Part shown: positions 39,700-53,417 of the stretch, one piece after another
Layout of the letters: every line of letters starts with the position of its first letter
How positions within the stretch are numbered: the first letter of the stretch is position 1
Assembly: GCF_006345805.1 (NCBI RefSeq)
Contig: NC_043000.1
Location: 7,688,001-7,752,000 of the forward strand
DNA from: Octopus sinensis
Lineage: Eukaryota
Reading direction: 5' to 3'
Length of the DNA: 64,000 nucleotides
Program-made: the position numbers and the translations under genes
Notes under the pieces: generated by a model
Told to the model about the DNA's origin: nothing
The model's database searches: none
What the model saw: only the letters and a program-made list of their open reading frames with translations

Positions 39700-39900
39700 A
39701 GGCGGCGAGATGGCAGACATGTTAGCGCGCCGGATGAAATGCTTAGTGGTATTTCGTCTGTCGTTATGTTCTGAGTTCAAATTCCGCCAAGGTCGACTTT
39801 GCCTTTCATCCTTTCGGGGTCGATAAAATAAGAACCAGCTGAACGCTGGGGTTAATGTAATCGACTTATTGTCTCCTCCAAAATTACTGGCCTTGTGCAA
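39700..39900 (+). mobile_element. SINE family 3
   Basis: ggcggcgagatggcagac..gagttcaaattcc..gcctttcatcctttcggggtcgat. Confidence 0.8.
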
Positions 39901-40101
39901 AAGCTTGATCTCATCATCCTCATCCTCATCATCATCATCATCATCATCATCATGAGTTTTCTTCTTCCTTCATTTTTGTTTGCATCTTTTGCTGAGTATC
40001 TTTTCAACACTTGATGTTGTTGATGTTGTTGATGTTGTTGTTGTTGTTGTTGCTACTGCTGCTGCTGCTGTTGCTGTTACAGCTTATATTTTGTTTTACA
40101 G

Positions 40102-40205
40102 ACTTGAAAAATATTACACCTACATTATTGAAAATATTCATTCCACAAGATCTTCTGATTTCCTGGAAGAGGAAAGAGGAGAAGTTTTGAAGAAACTCAG
40201 TGATC
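40102..40205 (+). CDS. Putative internal coding exon (LEKYYTYIIENIHSTRSSDFLEEERGEVLKKLSD)
   Basis: Strong acceptor ttttgttttacag and donor ATC|gtgagt. The 104-bp exon has a single open frame (phase 2 to 1) and protein-like composition. Confidence 0.65.
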
Positions 40206-40362
40206 GTGAGTATACGTCTTATGCTTTTATAAACGTTTTATATGAATAGTGATACAGATTTTTTATTGATTGATTTTTAATAATGTGATGTATATTAGTT
40301 GCGTGACTAATTGCCATTTATGAAAATTAAATGCTTTTTCACACCATTTCATCCTGTGTATA

Positions 40363-40403
<41 letters not shown>

Positions 40404-40407
<4 letters not shown>

Positions 40408-41959
40408 TTGCGGCCAAAATGTTCAGATTTTGGTGTAATTTGAGAGGATAATACAAAAGTTATGGATGATTTAGTGATTTACTGCAAAACCCATGGCGGC
40501 CAAAATGATCAGAACGGTTGAAAAAATAACAAAATAATCAAAAATGACAGAGAATACTGGAATTATTTAATATTAGTGTGAAGCCCTTAGTTTCAATCAC
40601 ACTCTGACATCTTTGACTGCATGAGGAAATAAAATTTTCAATTTCTTGCTGGGTGATCTTATCCATTCTCCTGAAGGGCATTCCATAATTGGTCAGTTGT
40701 TTTAGGATTTCTGGCTTTCGAACGTTCTCCTAGAATATTCCATACATTTTCAATAGGATTGAGATCTGGGCTTTGAGCAGGCCAATCCATAACAATAACC
40801 TTTTCAGCCTTGAGGAAGTTCATGACCACCTTAGCCTTGTGACATGGGGCATTGTCCTGCATGAATATGGGTGGTCGCATAGTTGAATTTCTCAGCACAG
40901 GCAATATGGGTGGTCGCATAGTTGAATTTCTCAGCACAGGCAAGACATGATCTTTTACTAGTTGTTTATAAACTCCTGCATTTACCTTTCCATGTAATCG
41001 CACTAAAGGGCCCACACCATCTCTAGATATCATCCCCCAAACCATGACACTTCCTCCACCGAATTTAACACTAGTCTTAAGGCATTTAGGCGACAATTTT
41101 TCACCTACTTTTCGACGAACGTACCTTTTCCCATCTGAGCCAAATAACATAAACTTAGATTCATCACTGAAATGCACCGTTTGCCATTTTTCTTGAGATC
41201 ACGACACATGTTCGGTTGCAAAGGTAAGACAGCACTTTTTATTCTTGGAGCTGATTAGTGGCTTCACTGCAGGTGCTCTTGCTTGTAGGTCATGTTCAAC
41301 TAAACGACGAGACACAGTTTTTCGAGATAAAGTTTTCTTCAATACAATGCTCATTTTCTGAGAAACAGCAGCAGCAGTTTTAAATCTGTCCTTTTTAACC
41401 AACTTTACCATAGCACGATCTTCTCTCTTGGTTGTTTTTCTTGGCCTACCTGTAGACTTTCTTGCTTCACACGAACCACAATCATCGTAGACCTTAAGAA
41501 TACCGTGTACAACACTTTTTGACTTGTTAACAATCTTTGCAATAGATCCAATACTTAAATTATCCTTCTTTCGAAGCTTAATAATCTGCTGACGAATTGG
41601 TAACGGAGTAAGTGGCATTATATTAACAAAGTACACTGCAAATATTCTTACTAATGTTTAGTAAACGAAGTGTCACGTAAACAAATTCAAAACATTAGAG
41701 TTCGCCGGTTAAATATACTAAAACACAGAGTAAAAGCAACCGTTCTGATCATTTTGGCCGCCATGGGTTTTGCAGTAAATCACTAAATCATCCATAACTT
41801 TTGTATTATCCTCTCAAATTACACCAAAATCTCGGCAATAACAAATAATATCGTATTTATTGTCTGTGAAAATTATAGAATATAAAACAACATTGATAAA
41901 AAATTATACATACTTTTCTGACGAAAACAATGCCGTTCTGAACATTTTGGCCGAAACTG
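40404..41959 (-). mobile_element. Tc1-family DD34E transposon, IR/DR type, near full length but inactivated
   Basis: TA|CAGTT..AACTG|TA termini within (TA)n. TIRs carry a repeated ggccaaaatg(t/a)tcaga site. Transposase motifs GRPRKT, FSDESKF, VMVWG, MQDNAPCH and WPAQSPDLNPIE (34 residues between D and E). Confidence 0.95.
40568..41618 (-). pseudogene. Tc1 transposase pseudogene
   Basis: In-frame TGA at 41199-41201 joins the two ORFs. There is a 39-bp in-frame duplication at 40864-40943 and frameshifts near the C-terminus. Confidence 0.9.
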
Positions 41960-41962
41960 TAT

Positions 41963-41998
<36 letters not shown>

Positions 41999-42029
41999 GA
42001 TATAGATATATACGTACATACATACATAC

Positions 42030-42080
<51 letters not shown>

Positions 42081-42492
42081 ATAATACATTTACATACATA
42101 ATACATACATACAGAAAAACACAGACATAAACATATGTTCACTATAATGTCTACCTCTAGCTATCTATCCCAGCCTCCCTCACCATCGTTCTATCTATCT
42201 ATCTCTCTATCTATCTATCATATTTTATTTGTTTCAGTCATTGGACTGTGATTATATAAGAACCACATGTGTGTGTGTGTATTCAGAGCACACTTATTTC
42301 TCTTTGAGTTTACAAAGATACCTCCTTCTACCTCCTTAAAATATCCAGTTATGCAAGTTTCATAAACAGCAAGACAGGTTCGAGGATTCCATAAATATAG
42401 TTATTTACACAAATCTTTCAGAGCAAAATCTTACAGACATAAAGGTGGTTGTACACATTTCTAAACTGGTCATTCATTACAAAATACATTGG

Positions 42493-42494
<2 letters not shown>

Positions 42495-42525
<31 letters not shown>

Positions 42526-42890
42526 TTAACATCCGCTTTCCATGCTAGCATGAGTTGGATGATTTGAATGAGGTCTGGTGAACCAGATGGCTGCACCAGA
42601 CTTCAATCTTGATCTGGCAGAGTTTCTACAGCTAGATGCCCTTCCTAACACCAACCACTCTGAGAGTGTAGTGGGTCCTTTTACATGCCACCGGCACGAC
42701 GGCCAGTCAGGCAGTACTGACAACGGCCTTGCTCAAATGGTGCTTTTTATGTGCCACCTGCACAGGAGCCAGTCCAGCGGCACTGTCAATGACTTCACTC
42801 GAATGTGTTTTTTCGTGTGCCACCAGCACAAGTGCTAGTAAGGCGACACAGGTAATGATCATGCTTCAATGGTGTTTTTAACGTGCCTAA
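42495..42890 (-). mobile_element. RTE-associated 3' UTR element with (GAT)n tail
   Basis: Same family as 16118-16325 and 43260-43640, with internal gtgccacc..gccagtc repeats. Confidence 0.75.
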
Positions 42891-43257
42891 GGGTGGTGAG
42901 CTAGCAGAATCGTTAGCATGCCAAGCAAGATGCTAAACAGGATTTTGTCTGTCTTCGTGTTCTGAGTTCAAATCCTGCTGGGACTGACCTTGTCTTTTAT
43001 CCTTTCGGGGTCAATAAAATAGTCACCAGTTGAGCACTGGGATTGATGTAATCGACTCACTCATCCTCAGAAACTGCTGACCTTGTGTTAAAATTTAAAG
43101 CCAATATTATTCCCAAATATTGGGAGTGGGTGGGTGTTTGCCTTTCCTCATATTTTTACAGCATTTTTCATAATTTATTTTGTCATTCTCACTTTTGGTT
43201 TTAAGCCACATAACTAATATATTTTCCGGCATACAAATCGATGTGATATATATATAT

Positions 43258-43644
43258 ATCATCATCATCATCATCATCGTTTAACGTCCGTTCTCCATGC
43301 TAGCATGGGTTGGACGGTTCGACCGGGGTTCTGGGGAGCCAGAAGGCTGCACCAGGCTCCAGTCTAATCTGGCAATGTTTCTACAGCTGGATGCCCTTCC
43401 TAACGCCAACCACTCCGTGAGTGTAGTGGGTGCTTTTTACGTGCCACCTGCACAGGTGCCAGGCGAGGCTGGCAACGGCCACGGTCAAATTGGCGTATTT
43501 TATGTGCCACCGGCACGGAAGCCAGTCGAGGCGGTGCTGGCATCGGCCACGAGTCGGATAGTGCTTTTTACATACCACCAGACCAGGGATCCTGGCTGGT
43601 TCAATTCGATTTCGATTTCGCTTGCCCCAACATGTCTTCACAAG

Positions 43645-43645
<1 letters not shown>
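43258..43645 (-). mobile_element. RTE-associated 3' UTR element with (GAT)n tail
   Basis: As above; a CpG-rich, apparently young copy. Confidence 0.75.
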
Positions 43646-43688
<43 letters not shown>

Positions 43689-45987
43689 TAAACATGTAGT
43701 GTAAACATGTAGACATTGTTACACTTTTGCCAAATCCTGCTGCATTTCACATGGAAATTTTGGTCTTCCAAAGGTGTCTTGGTTTCTAAGTCAACTTATC
43801 AACCCATAGTTTTTGGATGGAATTTTTGGTCTGAAAAGTTTGATTTGTGTGCTGGAAAATACGGCACATTTGTCTATTGTATAAAATGTATATGCATGTA
43901 TGCAGATGCACGTGTGTGAATATGTGTGAGTGTGTATATGCATGTGTATATGTGTGCATGTATGTCTTTTGTGTATATGTGTGTGTATGTATGTATGTGT
44001 TTGCATATTTTACAATTATAGGATATTTACTCTGAGGGTCCACTGATATTTGGGGAATAAGACAGTTGCTGAGAGGAAGAATTGCCCTTTAAGATCAGAG
44101 TGAATATACCGCTAAACCTTAATAGTTATAGAAAAGGAAATCTGTCACAGTTTACTGTTAAGTTTGATTGTTTCTTTATGTATTTCGTAATGGATTGGTA
44201 TTTACTCTTAGCATTTGAGGAATAAACAGTTGGGGCAAGAAGCATCTGCCAAATGAATCAAAATAATGCAAACCAACTCCTTACAGCTGTAAAACAGGAG
44301 ATTAGCTGTAGTTACCACATGTGCAAGCATGGCTGTGTAGTGAGAAGTTTTCTTTCCAATCACATTGTTCTGAGTTCAGTCCCACTGTGTGGCACTGTGG
44401 GCAAATGTATTCAGCCTTGTGAGTGGGTCTGGCAAACCTTACCTCTTTTCCAAGCAAGGGAATATTTCCCCATGGTCAGAGATGTTTTTTGCAGAATATT
44501 GGAAAGGAATGACATTCATTTACAACAGTCACGTGATGTCAAGACCATGAGACATGAATACTCACACACTAACATTTGTATACATACATGTATATATGCA
44601 TAGATAGATAGATACATACACACATACATTTTCACACACATGCATGCATACTTACAATTAACCCTGTCACTAATCCTTTTCCTCTCCTCTGTTCCATATC
44701 ATTCTCCCCACTCCTCCCCTCTTACTTATCATTCCTCATCCTTCTCCCTATGATTCTCAGCCACTCTCTCTTCTGTTTTCTCTCAGTAACAGGGGCCACT
44801 TCATTATGAGGTGAACATTACTTGTGCAGGTGCCACAAATTGAGTACCCAGTACGCTCTGTTAAGTTGTTGGTGTTAGGAAAGGTATCTAGCCTAAGAAT
44901 TCATGCTGAAGTAGTCACTGAAGCATGATGCAGTCCTCTGACTCTTTAGACACTGTCAAACTGTCCATCTCATACCAGCTTACCAGTATGGAAGCTGGAC
45001 TTTAATGAAGATGAGGATGATGACAGTGATGGTGATGATGATGATGATGTTGTGTGTGTGTGTGTGCATGTGTATGTAGGTATGTAGATAGGTAGGTAGG
45101 TATGGTTGGATGTACATACAGCCTGCAGTGTAAGACATACCCTTCATCAGCTGTCAACTGAAGTTCACAATGATTTCAGCACTTCCTTTTATATTGTATT
45201 GGTATCTTTAGTAGTGCCAGCCATCATTGATGCTGCTGCTAAGGAATGTACCAATTCTTTTGACTCACATTGTTGTATGTTTTTTTCTCTCTCTCTCTTA
45301 ATATTTATGCAGCTGCAACATAAAACCACAGGTTGCTGTAACCACTCAACCAGGCAGTAGCTATTTCGTTTTAGTGTTTGATCAGCATTTGCTTTTGGCT
45401 CTCAGCTTTTGTCTTTCTCTTCTATATTCATGATGAATCACTTTCCCCCTTCCATCTGCATTTTGAAAATATCTCTTCTGCTCACCAACTCAAGGTTGAA
45501 CATCACGAGTGTGACTACAAACCCATGACATACCTCTACTAAAAGCATTATACATTATCATTCTCATACCTGGCGATTCCTCAAATTCTTCATATTCTAC
45601 ACCTTCCATTTTATGTGCCTGTTAAATATTGCCCTTCCAAATCAGTCAACTTGACAACCAGAATTTTTTTCTCTCAAGTCAGACGATGCAGTAAGGTTGA
45701 GCCATTGCTTTGTAATTTCTGTATGATTTGGAATTCACCTTCCACTCATTAGCATCATTCACTTTAGATCTCAGCTTTCCTTTCCATGTATTCTTGCTTT
45801 CTTTCTTTGCTCTTTCTCATCTTGCTCATGGAAAACTACAGGGTGCAATTTGTTATTGACTCTCATATGTCTATATCCATCCTAACACCAGTCCACTAAT
45901 GGATATATGTATATATATATATGTGTGTGTAAATGTTGAACAATGAGAATGAGTGCTCAGTAACACATTGGTGGATAAAATGTCTTT

Positions 45988-46466
45988 ATTTGTGTATTAA
46001 GGCTACCATTGGTTTCATATTAAGAAAAATATCTCAGTATCCTAACAATTTTTAAAGCTGATCACATGGAGGAATGGTGTTCATCTCCATTTTAATTGTT
46101 AAGATATTTATAACATTGAAACCATTGGTAGCCTTAATACACAAATGCGTGTGTATATAAAGTCAATTCAAGGATGTCATATCCTCATTAGGGATTAATA
46201 AATCCAAACTTTCACTGGTTTAATCTCCATTACATTATACCATTGGTTCATATTAAGAAAAATATCTCAGTATCCTAACATTTTTAAAGCTGATCACATG
46301 AGGATGGTGTTCATCTCCATTTTAATTGTTAGATATTTATAACATTGAAACCATTGGTAGCCTTAATACACAAATGCGTGTGTATATAAAGTCAATTCAA
46401 GATGTCATATCCTCATTAGGGATTAATAAATCCAAACTTTCACTGGTTTAATCTCCCTTACATTAG
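45988..46466. repeat. Short fold-back with hammerhead-like 3' half, tandemly duplicated (234-bp period)
   Basis: tttgtgtattaaggctaccattggtttca is inverted as tGAAACCATTGGTAgccttaatacacaaa. 46004-46237 is repeated at 46238-46466 with single-base deletions. Confidence 0.65.
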
Positions 46467-48004
46467 AAGAAGATCTCCATGATGTGTTATGGATTATTAT
46501 TATAGTTAAAATTAATAAGGTAAGAAAATGGAGTGTTGAGGATGTATAGTTAATTTATAGTTAACTCTCTATTTTCTTACCTTATCAATTTTACTTATAT
46601 ATATATCAAATGGATGTGTTATAAAACTATTCCACATGCACATCCAATAACAGCCATACCAACAATCCAACATGCCTCCATCATCAGCTGCCCCATGGAT
46701 ATCACTAAGGTTTTGACACCTGATATATATATACATATATCATGGTATCACAGTATCAACCAAACAATTGGATGTTGTTATACATCACTGGTCACAAATG
46801 TGCCTCACATTGTTTTAGCTTTTGAATGATGCTAACAATTCCCCTGACTAAAAGGCTATTCCATCACTGGGTTACCCATTTACAGCTGGACTGGAACATT
46901 GTGAAATAAAGTGTTTTGCCCAAGGACACAACCTGCCACCTCATCCGGGAAGTGAACCCATGATCTAGCATTTGTGCAATACCCTAGCCACTAAGCCACA
47001 TGCTTTCACCCCTCCCCACACCTGTGTTGTTACTGCTTTTAAACTCAAACAGAATCCCAGGTATGGCTTCTGTATTATTTCATATAGAATTTGGATGAGT
47101 TGTTTCATTTTTGTTTCAAAATATCAATTGACACCAAATGATTTAAAAACCAATCAAATGTTTTTTTTGTATTACAAGTTTACTGTTTATAGCTAATAAG
47201 TCAAAAATTTATAAATAAATAAATAATTTTTTCATTTTTATGTATTCTCTGAACAGGAAACAATATGAGATTAGAAGTCAATAATTATATAGATACAAAA
47301 ATTGTGATTGATTTTTCTGAGATATTTTTTACCATTATTATTTACAAACATGGATGTCATTTTTATATTTAAAGAAAATATCGGTGATAAACAATATACG
47401 AAAATATTTCCAGAGTGTTATCAGTTGCTAATAACAACCAGGGCTATTTAAAAATGATTTTGTTTTCTATTTTATTTTTCATTGTGTATATTTTGAGCTT
47501 CTGTTCAATGGCTAATGGGCTGGAATTATCACTTCCAATTTAGTTTGGGAAATTGGAGAGATAAATAATAGCTATGCATATTCATATATAATGACGAAGA
47601 ATACACTTCCATCAGCTAGTGTGAAGAAACTGTTACTCAATATTTTATAAATAACAGGAGCATGATGACACCTCTAGACTAAAAACATGATATATCAGAA
47701 GATATGCCAGCATTAACTATCTGATATCAACTGCATGTTAAATGTTATGACATGCTCTTAAAACATATAATGGTGCAAAAATTATATAGAAAATAGGCAT
47801 ACATAGAGATAGCAAAAGCTTATTATAGATCTCTTTTTTTTTTCTATATAACCCTAAATGTAAACTTTTCCTATCTAAATGGAGATTATGTCATTGTAGT
47901 ATATATAGAAAAGGAAAATAACATGTTTGGAATAGGAAACTGACAGATATGAGACATGGTGGATTGATTTCACATTCAGTTCAAACATGCCTCTTAAATT
48001 AATC

Positions 48005-48530
48005 AAGAGAAGCTGGTATACTCTGTTTGATGTGCAATGTCAGTGTGCATGTGTGATGGAGCACGGGTGCATTGAGAGAGAAGTTGCATTGAGGAGATTG
48101 CACTGTGATGTGGATGGATGGGGACAGTTGCATAAAGAAGTGCTGATCACTTAAAGTAGAGGGAAGTTGTGGAAGAGGAAGACCCAGGAAGACATGAGGC
48201 AAAATATTGTAGGCCAAATTGAAAATGCTGAGCCTTACAAAAGAGATGACAGATAACTGAGATATGTGGTGCATTGCTGTACTCAAAAAGACCTGCCCAC
48301 CACAACAGAATGGAGATCTTAAAATGAAAGCGCCATATAAAAAACATTGGTGTGGGTGCTAGTGCTATGTCAAAAGCTCTGGTGTTGGTGCCACATAAAA
48401 AGCATTGGTGATAGTGCCATATAAAAAACCCAGTACACTATGTAAATTTGTTGGTGTTAGGAAGGGCATCCATCAGCAGAAATCAAGTTAAAACAGACTA
48501 TGGAACCTGATGCAGCCCCTGGCCACACCA
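48005..48530 (+). mobile_element. Old RTE-like LINE 3' remnant
   Basis: Translates to VEGSCGRGRPRKT*GKIL, followed by the shared ttaggaagggcatcc UTR. Confidence 0.6.
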
Positions 48531-49144
48531 GGTTCCACTGATTAGTTCTGTTCAATGAAACTTCTCTACTGAATTAGTGTTGGAAGAGAGTGGAGTGGAA
48601 ACTTGCTATCTTCCTGTTTGAGGCAAGGCAAGCCAAAGCAGGAAAAAAAAAGCCAAGAGGAAGAGGGCTTTGAGTCCAGTTTTATATAACACTAAGGTAC
48701 CTTTAAGCTGTTAAGTAGGTACTAGTAGAGATAGATTAATAGCCTTGATTTGTATGCAACTCAAAGAATATGAACCATTGATATTTTATCTGGGTAATTA
48801 TCACTTTATCAATTCAATCTCTGACAACTTTTACTTCATTAAAAAAATCAAATGATTACAAAGTAATCATAACATCTTAGATTCTCAAAGACCCAGCTCA
48901 TTAAAATTAACCGAAATTTTAAAATTCCATTCATAGAAAGAGAGAAAATATGTTAATTTTTTGTCAAGTTCAACTTTTAGCATGTGTAGTTGGTTATTGT
49001 TTGATGAATTTACTAGAGAACTTTTTAGGAAAACGAAGTTCTCAGTCAGCTCCCAAATATTTAATGTTAGTTTCTTTTATTAGAGATGTAACTTGAGAAT
49101 TGTTCTTTGTAGGTAGGAAACTGTAGTACTTATGTCTTTCCTCA

Positions 49145-49580
49145 AGGATTTTTCACTGCCGACGCATTGATCGGGTTCCTACAGCCAGTCTTCATCATCA
49201 CCTGAATCGCCGTCCCCTCCCTTCGGTGCTTCTACAACGGCGCTTAAGGTGGTTCGGTCATGTATCCTGGCGTCCAGAGAGTGAACTGGTTCGCGATGTC
49301 CTCCTCCCACCTCCACTTCCCAACTGGTGCAAATGCACGGCCGGGCAGCAGAAGACCTGGGCAACGACGATAAAGGAGGACCTCTCCGAACTCTCAGGTC
49401 CGCAGGTGGTCGGTCTGTGCAGATGGAACCACGAATGGCTCACTATCTCCAGTGACCTCGCACAGGACTGTCGAGCGTGGACCGCGATGGTTTGTGATGC
49501 CGTTAGGAACAGAGAAGAAGCTGACTCAACCCGCCCTGAGTGAATGCCATCACATGTACAAGTACAAGTAAAGTACAAGG
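49145..49580 (+). mobile_element. RTE-clade LINE 3' end
   Basis: LLQRRLRWFGHVSWRPE..GQQKTWATTIKEDL..LAQDCRAW, with a (caagta)n-like tail. Confidence 0.85.
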
Positions 49581-50541
49581 GAACAAATCAAGTGAAGCTA
49601 TTCCTGACAAAGTTACCAGAAAACTGAGGGCATTTCTATTTCTATGTTATCAATTGACATGGTAATATTAAGAGCCAATGTTTCTTAGATCACACTCTAC
49701 TTTCTGAATAAAGAAAACCAGAGGATAGGATGGTTATGACTGGATTGCCTTTTGACCATAAGCCTTCTCAATCTGAGTGAATTTAGTGCTAAACAACAAC
49801 AATAGAGATTAATCAATAATATTTTTGGTTAGAGCTACAGTTGAGCCCATAAGGGGCTCATCCATCATCATCGTCATCATCATCATCATCATCGTTTTTC
49901 ATGCTGGCATGAGCTGGATGGCTCGATAGAAACTAGGAAGACCAGGGGTTGCACTAGGTTCCATAGTCTGTTTTAGCTTGGTTGCTATGGCTGGATGCCC
50001 TTCCTAATGCCAACCACTTTACATGGCACCATTACCAGTGCTCTTTACATGGTACCAGTACCTATACCAATGCTTTTTAGTTATATAATAATTCTTGGCT
50101 CAAACCATTTCTTTTCTGGAACACTATTGGAGTTCTTAGAGAGAAAAAGGAATACCATAATAAACCATTTCTCCTGCCATTTAATTCAGGGTCAACATTC
50201 CCTGTTGAAAGAAGCTTATTAACTCATGTTTTTGAGTTCTCACTTTTATCTGAAATCATTTTCTTTCTTTGTGGCAAATATTTGAAATTCTGTTTTGATA
50301 TGGCAGGACTCTTGAAGAATTGAAAGAGCTGCATTTAATATAAACAACCTTTCTCAGTCTGTTAAATAATTCAAAAAACTATTTCACCTAATATTAAACC
50401 AAAAAGGTGACACAAAAGTTTCAAGAATGTCAACTTGGCTTGATGGACCTTTCTGTTTTGTGGCTGTTTTAACACCCATCTTCATTTTTATTGTGTATGG
50501 CTTGTTGTTTTAGGTACTTCACACATGTAGTTTTTATTTTG

Positions 50542-50925
50542 TGGAGGCGCAATGGCCCAGTGGTTAGGGCAGCAGACTCGCGGTTATAGGATCGCGGTTT
50601 CGATTCCCAGACCGGGCGTTGTGAGTGTTTATTGAGCGAAAACACCTAAAGCTCCACGAGGCTCCAGCAGGGATGGTGGTGATCCCTGCTGTGCTTTTTC
50701 ACCACAACTTTCTCTCACTCTTACTTCCTGTTTCTGTTGTAACTGTATTTCAAAGGGGCGGCCTTGTCACTCTCTGTGTCACGCTGAATATCCCCGAGAA
50801 CTACGTTAAGGGTACACGTGTCTGTGGAGTGCCCAGCCACTTACACGTTAATTTCACGAGCAGGCTGTTCCGTTGATTCGGATCAACCGGAACCCTTGTC
50901 GTCGTAACCGACGGAGTGCTTCCAT
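50542..50925 (+). mobile_element. tRNA(Arg)-like SINE group 2, tail variant Z
   Basis: Head tggcccagtggttaggg..ggtttcgattccc; tail ccccgagaactacgttaagggtacacg..gtaaccgacggagtgc. Confidence 0.88.
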
Positions 50926-51064
50926 CCAGTTTTTATTTTAAAGATGGCAAAACACTTTACGAGAAGAGATTTTATTGCTGTATCAAAAGGTGAGAGTGAG
51001 AGTAAATGTTAGCCATTGATTTAACATAAAATTACACAAAAGAATAATGAATAAATAAATAATA

Positions 51065-51472
51065 ATGTGGTAAGAAGCTAGCTTCCTAGCCTCATGGTTC
51101 TAGGTTCAATCCCACTGCAGGACAAGTTGGACAAGTGTCTACTGCTATATATAGCCTCAGGACAATGAAGGCCTTGTGGGTGGATTTGGTAGATGGAAAC
51201 TGAAAGAAGCCCATTGTATACCTATATATATGTGTGTCTGTCTGTGTGTTTGTTTCTGTCCCCCCACCACTGCTTGACAACTGGTTTTGGTGTGTTTACA
51301 TTCTTGTAATTTAGCAGTTCAGCAAAAGAGACTGATAGAATAATTACCATGCTTAAAAAAAATAAAAACAAGTACTGGGGTTGATTTATTCCACTAAAAT
51401 TCTTCAAGGTGGTGCCCCAGCATGGCCACAGTCTAATGACTGAAACAAGTAAAAAATAAAAGACAAATAAAA
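51065..51472 (+). mobile_element. SINE family 1, older subfamily
   Basis: Diverged match to 8267-8680; a similar old copy lies at 58665-59110. Confidence 0.8.
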
Positions 51473-51681
51473 ACACTTGCTGTTAATTAGTCCCTGGTCA
51501 GCTCTGATCAGACAAGCAAATTAATCATCAAAGGCCTCCAACCATAACTACCTTGTTTTCCTTTCAGACACTTTATTTCCCAGGACTTAGATTACTCGAT
51601 GCGTCCTTCCCTTTCAACTCTAGCATTCAGATTATTCTGTCAAAATTAATGCTTATTTATTCACATAGTTTGAATTAATCA

Positions 51682-51830
51682 TAGGAGTGGCTGTATGGTA
51701 AGTAGCTTCCTTATGAACCACATAGTTCCGGGTTCAGTCCCACTGCTTGGCACCTTGGGCAAGTGTCTTCTACTATAGCCTCAGGCCTTGTGAGTGGATT
51801 TGGTAGATGGAAACAGAAAGAAGCCCGTCG

Positions 51831-51879
<49 letters not shown>

Positions 51880-52087
51880 ATATGTTTGTGTGTCTGTATT
51901 TGTTTCCCCAACATCGCTTGACAACCGATGCTGGTGTGTTTACCTCCCCGTAATTTAGCAGTTCAGAAAAAGAGTCTGATAGAATAAGTACTAGGCTTAC
52001 AAAGAATAAGTCCTGGGGTCGATTTGTTAGACTAAAGGTGGTGCTCCAGCATGGCCACATTCAAATGACTGAAACAAGTAAAAGAGT
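51682..52087 (+). mobile_element. SINE family 1 nested in a piggyBac-type MITE
   Basis: MITE halves at 51615-51681 and 52088-52245 rejoin across the SINE. Confidence 0.85.
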
Positions 52088-52623
52088 ATCTCATTGCTTC
52101 AGAATTTCAATTTCAATGACATGATTTGTTTATTTTCAGTATGACATTGTAAAGTAGGTGTGAGAAGCCAGATCTGGCCAGTTTCAACATAAAACAGGTA
52201 GAATATTTGGGCTGGATACAACCAGTTTAAATACTAAAAGGTTAAGTCAATAGGATATGATTTCAAGGAGAATTGGTGCTTATTTCTAGTATGGCAGCAC
52301 CCTAGTTGGTTCATGGCAGTTAACGATGATTGTGAATATGAAATGTAGATACAATATGCCTGAGAAATATGTAAGTTATTCTGAGGATTTAGTGTCCATT
52401 GTGTAGGGGATCAATGCAAGGTTTATGGAGTATAATATCTTGCTTTATTGTAGAGGACAATAATTTGTATTCTTTGAAGTTTGTCATGATCTATGGCTGT
52501 AAGGATTGGCAACTAGGTAGGATTGGCATAATTTATATTAGCTCTGATATATTTTCAAAGGGTGTCATTTTATGTGTGTATATGTGTATGTATGCACACA
52601 CAAGCTCATGTAGTCATATAAAG

Positions 52624-52941
52624 ACTCCGCCGGTTACGACGACGAGGGTCCCAGCTGATACGATCAACGGAACAGCTTGCTCGTGAAATTAACGTGCAAA
52701 TGGCTGAGCATTCCACAGACACGTGTACCCTTAACGTAGTTCTCGGGGATAATCAGCGTGACACAGAGAGTGACAAGGCTGACCCTTTGAAATACAAGTA
52801 CAACTCATTTTTGCCAGCTGAGTGGACTGGAGCAACGTGAAATAAAGTATCTTGCTCAAGGACACAACGCGTCGCCGGGAATCGAACTCACAACCTTACG
52901 ATCATGAGCCGAATGCCCTAACCACTAAGCCACGCGCCCTC
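52624..52941 (-). mobile_element. tRNA-derived SINE (head type 2, tail Z)
   Basis: Head gcgcgtggcttagtggttaggg..gagttcgattccc resembles 58081; tail resembles 50790-50922. Confidence 0.85.
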
Positions 52942-53006
52942 ACTGTATTCATATATGTATATATAAATATGCATATGTAGATATGGGTGTATGCATATGT
53001 TTGTAT

Positions 53007-53051
<45 letters not shown>

Positions 53052-53187
53052 ATAAGTAATAATTTTATATTCAGGTATAAAGACCATTCGCAGTATTCAG
53101 CTACCTGATGTTATCAATAGTTTGTAGGTATATACCACTGGGTTTATTTCAGCAATTCCTTTGTGTCTGTAGACTTTGTAAAATTAC

Positions 53188-53372
53188 GAGAGAAAGAAAA
53201 TGGAATTCGTGAGGCTCTGTATTTACTATGCTCATTTTTATCCATTGTGCACCGGTACCTCGCTGGTGGGATGCTGTACAAATAATTGTGGTACATTATA
53301 GGTACTAGTGCACAATAGTTTCAAACAATCATAGTAAATAAAAGTTTCAGGAATTCCATTTTCTTTCTCTCT
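53188..53372. repeat. Fold-back repeat (about 70-bp arms)
   Basis: gagagaaagaaaatggaattc..gtgcaccggtacct is inverted as aggtactagtgcac..gaattccattttctttctctc. Confidence 0.75.
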
Positions 53373-53417
53373 TATATATATATTACTTTTATATATAAAG
53401 ATATATATATATATATA

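Noticed and set aside
42365-42428. Possible decayed hammerhead on the minus strand (also ctcattag-ggatt/aatcc at about 46184-46210)
   Set aside because: Only a stem II-like hairpin is convincing; both core boxes need several changes.
50542-50615. tRNA gene (also 3374-3448, 20468, 29393, 52870-52941, 58081)
   Set aside because: A/B boxes are present but the cloverleaf is imperfect and the sequence continues into SINE bodies, so these are SINE heads.
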